Shown in pieces: positions 24,902 through 34,489 of a stretch of DNA of 64,000 nt (positions within the stretch are counted from its first letter, which is position 1; each line of letters opens with the position of its first letter). A program made the translations under genes and the position numbers. The notes beneath the pieces were generated by a model. That model was not told the DNA's origin and did no database searches. It saw nothing but the letters and a program-made list of their open reading frames with translations. Source of the DNA: Fistulifera solaris (lineage: Eukaryota); NCBI GenBank assembly GCA_030295235.1, contig AP026151.1, positions 62,001 through 126,000 of the forward strand, in the 5' to 3' direction.

Positions 24902-26201
24902 TCAGACAAATTGGGGGTCTTGGTGAGTGTGTTGAAAGCAATATTTTCCTTGCATCTCACAGCGCCGACAAGGTTGTCCATCGGCGCGGGTACCCAAACG
25001 AGAACAATTCTGATTTGGTGCTTTCCTTGCATTTTTATGCCCATTCATGCTCTCACCGTGCTCTTCTTTCTTATCATGAAAAGTCGGATCCTGATGAGCA
25101 TGTTGAAAGCAGAACTTGCCCTGCACCTGACAACGCTTGCACTGCTGTCCATCGGCGCGCGTACCAAAGACGTGTTGCTTACGAGCATTATTGGTGAAGG
25201 GCGATGCTTTTGATTTCTTGTTTGTAGATTCCTTTGCTCCTTTGTCTGCAAATTGCGGATCCTGATGCACATGTTGAAAACAAAACTTGCCTTGCATCTG
25301 ACATCGCTTGCACGGCTGCCCATCGGCGCGAGTGCCGAATGTGTGACGTTTACAAGATCCATAGCCAGCACTAGAGGGCGACGATTTGGAACGTTCCTTT
25401 TCGTTGCAGCGGGGAAAATCATCACGGCTCTCTTTTTGAAAACGCGAATCCTGATGGACATGTTGGAAGCAGAACTTTCCTTGTAACTGACAACGCTTAC
25501 ACGGCTGTCCATCGGCACGCTTACCAAACGCGTGTTCTTCGCTAGAATCACTGTCGGCGCCGGAGGGCGACGGTTTCTCGCGTTCCTTTTCGTCTTTGTT
25601 GCTTTCAGAATCCTTCGGACTTCTATTATAAAATCGCGGATCCTGATACTGGTGTTGGAAGCAAAATTTACCATACATCTGACAGCGCTTACAAGGCTGG
25701 CCATCCGCGCGAGTACCAAATGCGGGCTCTTGATCTCGCGAGCGCGGCGGTGTTTTCGGAGTCTTCTGTGGTTTTGCCCTCGATTGTTGCTTGCTGTCCG
25801 TCTTCTTGGCCCGAGCATTTGCATTTCTAGCATTCTCTTCTTTTTGAGTGTTTCCAGACGATGAGGCTTTTCTTTTTTGCGGATGAAGGCTGACTATCTT
25901 CCTTCTTTGCCTTACTGTAGTATGGGAAACCGGATTCTTGACGTGGTGTTTCTGAATGCGATTTAGCCCCGTAGAATCTTCGTTCGTAGTCGTAATCTTC
26001 TCGATGATCACGAAGAATCTCGTAGGCTTGATTAATGCGTTGAAACGCTTCCGTGAATTCCTTCTTTTCGGCAGGAGATGCCTGAGGATGTTTGTCGGGG
26101 TGAAACTTTCGCGACCACTCTAGGAACGCCCGGCGAATTTCCGATGCCGTAGCATCCTCGTCCACTCCCAGGATATCATAATAACTCTCTTCGTTCAACA
26201 T
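24902..26201 (-). CDS. J-domain (DnaJ type III) protein with five CX2CX6CX2H repeats
   Basis: YYDILGV...FHPDK J-domain (ORF 25827-26201). A frameshift in A-runs at ~25868-25879 joins ORF 24902-26011, which carries 5x (F/L)G(T/K)RADGQxCxRCxxxGK(F/Y)CFQH. Confidence 0.88.
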
Positions 26202-26489
26202 GGTAATGAGCGTGTCAAATGGGGAGATTGTGATCGTTTCAAGCTCGGGGAACGACGCACGGAAAAGTTATGCAACCTTGTATGACCCTTTTCTTTTGTT
26301 CCACCTCATCCGTTTGTTCCGTTTTTGTCGCTCTTCGCTTTCGTTTAAAACAGCTTCGATCCGTCAATCGCGAAGTATAAAACATGATAGAGGACAAAAC
26401 ACGTTGAAGGTTCCCCTAAAAACCAACGCAATAACATTCAGCGTGTCGCAGAATAAATTTCGGTCGACTTCATTCATTTCCGTGAAATA

Positions 26490-27653
26490 ATGTAGATGAA
26501 AACACACCTGGTCCAGAATTTCTGGACCAAAACAGAATTTCTGTATGAACACAACGCGTCTTCCAGAATTTCTGGAATTTATTCGGAGGCGCTGTTTGGT
26601 GAAAAAGACCGTTTCCAAATTTGCTGGAAATTGCACAGTTGTCGGCTGGGAATTATAACAACGAGGTCAAAAGGTTATTGTAGGTGCACATAATTTTTGT
26701 GAGATGAAAGCACCATGGTCCTGAATTTCTGGACCAAAACAGAATTTCTGTACGATGACAACGCGTCACCCAGAATTTCTGGAATTTACTCAGAGACGCT
26801 GTTTGGTGAAAAGACCGTTTCCAAATTAGCTGGAAAATGCACGGATGTCGGCTGGGATATATAACATCGAGGTCAGAAGGTTATTGTAGGTGCACATAAT
26901 ATCTGTGAGATGAAAGCACCTGGTCCAGAATTTTTTGGACTAAACCAGAATTTCTGTATGACGACATCGCGTCTTCCAGAATTTCTGGAATTTACTCGGA
27001 GACGCTGTTTGGTGAAAAGACCGTTTCCAAATTTGCTGAAAATAGCACAGATGTCGGCTGGGATCTATAACAACGAGGTCAGAAGGTTATTGTAGTTGCA
27101 CATAATTTCTGTGAGATGAAAGCACCTGGTCCAGGGAGACACGGGAACGCACCTCTGCTTGGTACATTTTTCTACGCAAGCCTACGTGAGTGTACACTTT
27201 TTCCCGAACCTTCCAGAATTTCTGGACCAAAACAGAATTTCTGTATGACGACAACGCGTCTTCCAGAATTTCTGGAATTTATTCGGAGGCGCTGTTTGGT
27301 GAAAAGACCGTTTCCAAATTAGCTGGAAATTGCACAGTTGTCGGCTGGGAATTATAACAACGAGGTCAAAAGGTTATTGTAGGTGCACATAATTTTTGTG
27401 AGATGAAAGCACCATGGTCCTGAATATCTGGACCAAAACAGAATCTCTGTATGACGACATCGCGTCTTCCAGAATTTCTGGAATTTACTCGGAGACGCTG
27501 TTTGGTGAAAAAGACCGTTTCCAAATTTCCTGGAAATTGCACGAATGTTGGATGTGATCTATAACAACGAGGTCAAAAGGTTTCTGGGCCAAAATAGTAT
27601 TTCTGTTTGATTATATCGCGTTTTCCAGAATTTCTGGAATTTTCTCGGAGACG
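26490..27653. repeat. Tandem array of ~5 copies of a ~206-bp unit rich in CAGAA-T-TTCTG palindromes
   Basis: gatgaaa anchor at 26495, 26703, 26909 and 27115, then shifted by an insertion. Palindromes ggtccagaatttctggacc, acagaatttctgt and ttccagaatttctggaa recur in the units. Confidence 0.95.
27135..27216 (+). mobile_element. 82-bp insertion in the 206-bp array, with TCCAG duplicated at both ends
   Basis: Other units read ggtccag|aattt; here ggtccag (27128-27134) is followed by 82 bp ending in tccag, then aatttctgg. The insert resembles the core of the 426-bp family. Confidence 0.6.
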
Positions 27654-27850
27654 ATTGCGAAACATTTGGATGCGTTCTCTAGTCTCATTGCACAAATGTG
27701 ACCTTCACTTTATCACCCACGTAGCAACCTTGTACCAATAAACAGTGAGTGACCGACATCAACTTGATCAAAAGCATAAACATGAGGAGAGGTACATCGC
27801 ATCGAAAGTCTACGTCTATTTCACGTAGGCCTCTTGGGAATTTTATCGAT
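27645..27850 (-). repeat. Diverged inverted monomer of the ~213-bp family abutting the 206-bp array
   Basis: Reverse complement reads gataaaattcccaagaggcctacgtgaaatagacgtagactttcga, then cacatttgtgcaatgaga, which resembles subunit-B gacatatgtgcactgtaga. Confidence 0.7.
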
Positions 27851-28125
27851 TTTCGTCCCAGACTACAGTATTTGTTATAGTAGATAGCGATTCTCGCTGC
27901 GATGATGCGACGATCTCGTCGTCGCGTCTGGTTTCATCTTTGCGCTTCTCATAAATCATTTTGATGTTGATGATAATGATGTTGTTTTTTATATATAAAT
28001 TTGTATTTTGATCCTACCTTGTTTTAGTCATCAATCCCGGTTTTGTCGGAGAGGCAAATGCGCCTGCAACGCATGCAATCCGTTCTGCGCCCTCATTCTT
28101 CCCATCTTCAGAAACAATGGGGATT

Positions 28126-29958
28126 TTAATTTATGTGTTGAAAGCAAAGTTTGCCTTGCTTTTCGCACCGCCGACAAGGTTGTCCATCGGCGCGAGTACC
28201 AAAACGAGCATGACTCTGTGACTTCTTTGCACTTTGGCGGCAGGACGCGCTCGCATCGTACTTCGTTTCCTGGGCACAAAAACTCGGAATTTGATTCACA
28301 TGTTGAAAGCAGAACGTGCCTTGCATTAGGCAACGCTGACACGGCTGTCCATCGGCGCGCGTACCAAACGAGCGTTCTTTACGAAAAGCATGACTAGTGT
28401 TGGAGGGTGACGGTCTCGAATGTTCCTTTTTGTTGGTAGTATGAGACTTGTTCAGGTTCTCCTTGTGAAATTGCGGATCCTGATCCGTATGCTGAAAACA
28501 AAATTTACCATACATCAAACAACGCTGACAAGGCTGACCATCAGCGCGCTTCCCAAAGACGGGTATTTGCCAGCACGGTGGTGTTTTCGCACTCTTCTGT
28601 GGTTTCTCACTCCATTGGCTGAAAGTCGGCTCATTCTGTGGTTTCTCAGTCCAACTCCACTGACTGTAAGTCGGCTCATTCTGTTGTTTTTGTGTCCGCT
28701 GGCCGAAGGTGAAAGTCGGCTCATTCTGTGGTTTCTCAGTCCAACTCCACTGACTGTAAGTCGTCTCATTCTGTTGTTTTTGTGTCCGCTGGCCGAAAGT
28801 GAAAGTCGGCTCATTCTGTGGTTTCTCAGTCCAACTCCACTGACTGTAAGTCGTCTCATTCTGTTGTTTTTGTGTCCGCTGGCCGAAAGTGAAAGTCGGC
28901 TCATTCTGTGGTTTCTCAGTCCAACTCCACTGACTGTAAGTCGGCTCATTCTGTTGTTTCTGTGTCCGCTGACCGAAAGTGAAAGTCGGCTCATTCTGTG
29001 GTTTCTCAGTCCAACTCCACTGACTGTAAGTCGGCTCATTCTGTTGTTTTTGTGTCCGCTGGCCGAAGGTGAAAGTCGGCTCATTCTGTGGTTTCTCAGT
29101 CCAACTCCACTGACTGTAAGTCGGCTCATTCTGTTGTTTTTGTGTCCGCTGGCCGAAAGTGAAAGTCGGCTCATTCTGTGGTTTCTCAGTCCAACTCCAC
29201 TGACTGTAAGTCGGCTCATTCTGTTGTTTTTGTGTCCGCTGGCCGAAGGTGAAAGTCGGCTCATTCTGTGGTTTCTCAGTCCAACTCCACTGACTGTAAG
29301 TCGGCTCATTCTGTTGTTTCTGTGTCCGCTGACCGAAAGTGAAAGTCGGCTCATTCTGTGGTTTCTCAGTCCAACTCCACTGACTGTAAGTCGGCTCATT
29401 CTGTTGTTTTTGTGTCCGCTGGCCGAAGGTGAAAGTCGGCTCATTCTGTGGTTTCTCAGTCCGGCTCCACTGGCTGTCAGTCTTCTGATTCTGCGGTTTC
29501 TCACTCGACTGGCTGCCAGTCTTCTCGTTGTGTGCTTGCTCACTCGACTGGCTCTCAGCTTTTTCAGCCCGAGCACTTGCATTTGCACTTGTCGAATTGT
29601 CGCTCGCTTTGGTACTATCTGATGAGGCATCTTTTGCAGACGAAGGCTGGCTGCTTTCCTTGTTTGCCTCATTGTAGAATGGGAAACTTGATTCTTGCGT
29701 TGGTGATTCTGAATGCGATTTAGCCCCGTGAAACTTTCGTTTCTCATCATATTCTGCTCGATGATCACGAAGATTTTGGTAGGCTTGATAGAAGCGCTGA
29801 AAGGCTTTCTCACGTTCTTTCTTTTCGGCAGGAGTTGCGTGAGGATGTTTGTCAGGATGCAATTTTCGCGACCCTTCTAAGAACGCTCGTCGAATTACCG
29901 ATGCCGTAGCATCTTCATCCACTCCCAAGATATCGTAATAACTCTCTTTGTTCAGCAT
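28126..29958 (-). CDS. J-domain protein paralogue with a 30-aa tandem repeat and three CX2CX6CX2H repeats
   Basis: ATG at 29958 (MLNKESYYDILGV..LHPDK), collinear with the 24902-26201 gene; uninterrupted ORF. Confidence 0.9.
   Translation of the reverse strand: MLNKESYYDILGVDEDATASVIRRAFLEGSRKLHPDKHPHATPAEKKEREKAFQRFYQAYQNLRDHRAEYDEKRKFHGAKSHSESPTQESSFPFYNEANKESSQPSSAKDASSDSTKASDNSTSANASARAEKAESQSSEQAHNEKTGSQSSEKPQNQKTDSQWSRTEKPQNEPTFTFGQRTQKQQNEPTYSQWSWTEKPQNEPTFTFGQRTQKQQNEPTYSQWSWTEKPQNEPTFTFGQRTQKQQNEPTYSQWSWTEKPQNEPTFTFGQRTQKQQNEPTYSQWSWTEKPQNEPTFTFGQRTQKQQNEPTYSQWSWTEKPQNEPTFTFGQRTQKQQNEPTYSQWSWTEKPQNEPTFTFGQRTQKQQNETTYSQWSWTEKPQNEPTFTFGQRTQKQQNETTYSQWSWTEKPQNEPTFTFGQRTQKQQNEPTYSQWSWTEKPQNEPTFSQWSEKPQKSAKTPPCWQIPVFGKRADGQPCQRCLMYGKFCFQHTDQDPQFHKENLNKSHTTNKKEHSRPSPSNTSHAFRKERSFGTRADGQPCQRCLMQGTFCFQHVNQIPSFCAQETKYDASASCRQSAKKSQSHARFGTRADGQPCRRCEKQGKLCFQHIN
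28620..29470 (-). repeat. In-frame 90-bp tandem repeat (~9.5 copies) built from two 45-bp halves
   Basis: tgtgtccgct recurs every 90 bp from 28691 to 29411; encodes QNEPTYSQWSWTEKP-QNEPTFTFGQRTQKQ. Confidence 0.97.
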
Positions 29959-30776
29959 GGTAATGTTTATGACAAATGAGGAGATTGTGATCGCTTCAAG
30001 CACAGGGAACGACTTTTTGAAAAAAAGCATTCAACAACACGAATGAAACGCAAAAGGATTTTTTCTCCTAAAAACTCACAGTTGTTCGTAATTGGTCCCA
30101 AGCTATTTCAAAAACGATAAGATGCTTATGGGACGCTTCCAACGTTTAGTCTTGGAGATCATCGTTAGGGCCCATTTATGGTAGATTACTAGTGACACAC
30201 TCCGTACTTGGACCTATTTTAGAATTCACTTACTCACTTCACTAACTCAATACGAGCGCAGATTTCAGATTATTTCATTTCCTCTCAAGCACCATGAATA
30301 ATCATGAGTGATGAGATCAACAATCATCAAGAGCTTTACGGTCTTTGATTTGTTGTAAAATGAAAAACGAAAGCCCAACTAGGTCTATCTAGTCAAGATC
30401 GATCATTCGATGTGTTTGCCTTTCTCATTTTGCTTTTTGTATCACATCAGTATTCTTAAGACCTACTCCGTACAAGAAAGCCTACGTAGCCACCCCCGAC
30501 TGAAAGAGCTTCAGTCACGATAGTGTGGTAATAAGAAAAAAGTCGTCTACACTTGAAACCATACATTATACCGGTGCGATAGGACGGGGACGCGGAGTCT
30601 CATCGAGACGCGTCCCCATCGCGAGCCGCATTGAAAAAAGAGAACACGAGAGTGCAAACAAATAATAAATGATTGCATGTCAAGTTGTTGAAAAAGCTAT
30701 AATTACTATCTTCACTCTCTCTTCCTTCTAAACAACACTACACTCTCTTCGTCGCTGTTTTTGCATTGACAAGAGA

Positions 30777-33700
30777 ATGCAAGAAAGCTTTCCGTTCGAT
30801 CATGTGGTGATTACATTTCCAGATACACGAGCCGCCGAAGCGGCCCGACAAGGTCCTTTTCTACACATTCGTCGAAAGTATCCTCATACACGTCTCGTTG
30901 CGACGACCGATCCTCACGATGCGCGCGTCGGGAGTGGAGGAGGTACGCTGGCTGCTTTGCCTGCGGAAGGAAGCACCGTTTTAATGTTGCATGCAGGAGG
31001 ACAGTCGAGTCGGTGTCCGACACAAATGGTGTTGGGAAAGGCCTGGACGTCACTGCCGACACGAGAACACCAGTTAATTACTCCTATCGAAGTCTGGATA
31101 CAACAATGTCATGATCTGTTTCAGGGAATACCGAAAGGAACGTTAGTTGTTGTGTCTTCTGATACTTTGTTGCAATTGCCGCATTCAATACGACCCCAAT
31201 GGTCATCGTACGAAGGCGTTCTGGGCTTAGCGGTACCAGCTCCTCTACACACGGCTCAGAATCATGGTGTTTTCTCTTTATCGATACAAGGCAACAATCA
31301 TCAGCACAACGGCGACGACAGCGAACCGTTTGTAGCGTCGTGTCAGGCTATCTATCAAAAACCATCTCTGGAGGTACTGGAAACTATTGCAGTTCGACGA
31401 CACGCCTGGATTGATACAGGGCTCATTGTTTTCTATCCATCCGTCGCACAATCCTTACGACGACTCGCACAAAGTACTTTGGCGGCTTGTACAGCCTCGG
31501 GTTTGGAGACCCTGTGGAAACGAGAATCGTCGGGAGAATCGCTAGTCCACTTTGCACGACGAGCGGCGCTTCCAGTGGATCTGTATACTCATTTCTTACA
31601 AGCATTTCGGTTAAAAGAAGGATATTCTACCATGTCGGAGAAGAAGCGGCGGTATTGCGAGAAATATCGTGCCGATGGAATCTCTTTGGGGACGTTAGCA
31701 TCCATCTTTGATACGCTTCATCGGCATACGTTGCGCGTTCTGGCATTTCCGAAGGGTCAATTTTTGCATTTGGGGACAACGCGTGAATTAGTGGAATTTT
31801 ACGCCATGGCACATCCCGCTTACGCGGGAAAAACGGAGAAAGGAGGACCACCTGCAGTTGTGCGCTAGTTTTTGCGAACATCTGGGGCTTACCCATCGTT
31901 TGCATGCACTGACAATTCTTCCGGAAGGAAGCGATTCGGACAGTAATGCAGTGGATCCGTCGGCTATTATTTACCATACTATCATTGAGAGCGCTTGTGA
32001 GGAGAGTTTCATTGGTGCCAACACAATCATTGAACATTGCTCCATCGAAACCGATCACGCCCTCAGAATAGGACGAAACTGTCTGATATCGGGGCTACGA
32101 TACTCTGCGAAAAACTCAACTGGTAACGGTGATATACCGTTCACGGTCCCCGATGGAACCATGATCCAAACACTTCCGTTGCGAGACAACAAGGGGAAGA
32201 CGATTCAGTTTGTTCATATGGTTTTAGGCATTGACGACGCGATTAAGCATAGAAGAATTCTCTATGGACTCGCATTTGAGCGATTTCTATCTTGGGCTTT
32301 CCTTTCGGACGAAGACGTGTGGCCAGACGAGGAAACAGAATCGAAGCAGACGTTATGGACAGCAGAGCTGCATCCCATGGTTGAAAGCGGTCTCTCTTGT
32401 GCCTCTGTTTTCTCCTGGCTATCTGCATACTCACAAGGAAAGAAAACGTCAGATTTGTTGGATTGGGAAAAGTAAGCTTGAGCCGATGGAAGTCGTGTCG
32501 ACGGCTTTCCTTAGCTCAAATTCGGGATATGGCAGACGCTTCCAAAGAGTTTTCTTACCGCCAGAACCTGATTGGGAGGGATCTCCCGAACGCCAAAAGA
32601 CTTTTGATCTCAAACATACGTAGTGCCTTGATGAACCGCGAACTCAGCCCTCTTAATCTGCAATTCATTTTGAATGATTTTGCCGCAAACGGGAAATTTG
32701 ACGACGTACAAAGGGTGCTATTAGTCTTAATTGAAGTCATCTCCAGATCTTTGCGAAATGAGGCTTACGATATTTGCGGACAAGCATGCGCAGTATCGAG
32801 CTCCTTTTTCAGTGACTTTAGCGTAATCGCTCCTTCCTGTGTCCAACAGCTGAATGAAACTTTTGGTCAAGTCACCTGGGAGGGTACGTCATTTCTTGAT
32901 ATTGTCCGAAAGGTCATCGAGGAATGCGACACAATTGAATTAAGCAAGGATTCTTTCAATGTTTTATCATTATCAACTGTATTGGAGCAAGTAAGTTTTG
33001 CGATGACCCGAAAATGCATTTGCGATGTGGCTAGTCAATGGCAACTCTCTTCTCCCTCAGAATCGATACAGGATCAGTGGGTTTTGGCAACTGCTCCTGC
33101 TCGGATCGATTTTGCGGGAGGCTGGTCAGATACTGCGCCGATTTGTTACCATGGTAGTTCGGTTGTGGGGGCCGCAGTGACACTAGGTGATAATGTTTTG
33201 CCACTCTCTTGTCGCTGCAGAATCGTGACGGGAGGCAGAGGGGTGTTCTTGTGCACGGAGCAAAGAAATCTCGTGTCGGGAGCACTTGAAACGTGCACCA
33301 GCCAAACCTTATTTTGCTTTAACGACCTACAAGATTTTCGCAACCCAGAGGCTTCATGTGCATTGCTCAAGTGTGCGCTCTATACACTGGGGATGATGCT
33401 TCCAGCAAATAATCTCGAAGATCTCCAGTTCAATACGAATGTATTTCAAGAGGCACTAAACTCATTTTGTGGCAGCAGCAAAGGCGACGTGATGCTCGAA
33501 ATTGTTTCTACTTCTCTTCTTCCTCATGGATCGGGGATGGGTACTTCAAGTATTCTTGGAGGTTGCGTTCTTGCTGCTATACTACGTTGCGTTGGAAAAG
33601 ACATCATTGACACTTGCGACTATCAACAATATTTGATTGAGCATGTATTTAGATTAGAGCAGCACCTTTCGACAGGAGGTGGTTTTCAGGATCAAGTGAA

Positions 33701-34325
33701 CGGGCTCGTCGGCGGTGTCAAGATCGTTCGATGTGAACCGCAAACCTTCCCTCCGCGTTTAAACATCGAACAGCTAGCCTTACCAGATGATTTCGAGGCA
33801 ACAATCAACAATCGGCTACACATCGCTTTCACGGGGCAAACAAGACTTGCAAAGAATATTCTTCAAGACGTTCTGCGACGTTGGTCAAAAAGAACGAGAG
33901 AGATCACAGAGACAGTCGAAAAGCTTATTCTTGGTGCTGAAAGCGTGCAAGAGGCTTTTCTTGACGGAGACATCGAGACAGTGGCGGATTGTGTCAACGA
34001 TTATTGGAATCTCAAGAAAGTAATGGCTGGGCCGGCAAGTGGTGTCGCCCCTCCTCAGGTGGAAAATGCCATCGACAAATTAATGGAAAAGGGACTAATA
34101 GCTGCGGCTAGCCTTTGCGGTGCCGGTGGCGGGGGATTTTTGGTTGCTTTAAGTACAGAAGGAAATGTGACAAAGGATGAGCTAGATGCAGCTTCCAATA
34201 GCCAAAACGGATGCAATTTCGTGTGGCATGATTGCAACATATGCTCACAAGGCCTATCAGTCCAAGTACTTGACAACAACGAGCGAGACTTCTTCGATAT
34301 CAAGTGGCTCAAAGTCGGATTGTGA
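30777..34325 (+). CDS. FKGP: Bifunctional L-fucokinase / fucose-1-phosphate guanylyltransferase-like protein
   Basis: N-terminal DP..RVGSGGGT, LHAGGQSSRCP..GKAW, FLHLGTT; GHMP kinase motifs PARIDFAGGWSDT, LPHGSGMGTSS, TGGGFQDQ, CGAGGGGF. Three ORFs are joined by frameshifts at ~31830-31845 and ~32468-32471. Confidence 0.9.
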
Positions 34326-34489
34326 AATTCTATAATTAGTTTAAGCACTGACACTCTCAAAAGAGATTTCACCGCGTAATAATTCAATCTAAACTAGGCA
34401 GCTTGATTTTTTTGGTCGCGCACATGGCGTCTCCAGTATCATTTCATAAATCCGGAGAGTGTTAGGAAAGCACCGACCATGCCAATAAA

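Noticed and set aside
28420..29813. Long alternative-frame and antisense ORFs over the J-protein repeat
   Set aside because: By-product of a stop-free 90-bp repeat; only the J-domain frame has recognisable domains.
30586..30617. 9-bp-stem hairpin ggggacgcg...cgcgtcccc upstream of FKGP, sharing GGGGAC/GTCCCC with the TIR tips
   Set aside because: No partner terminus or further similarity, so it cannot be assigned.
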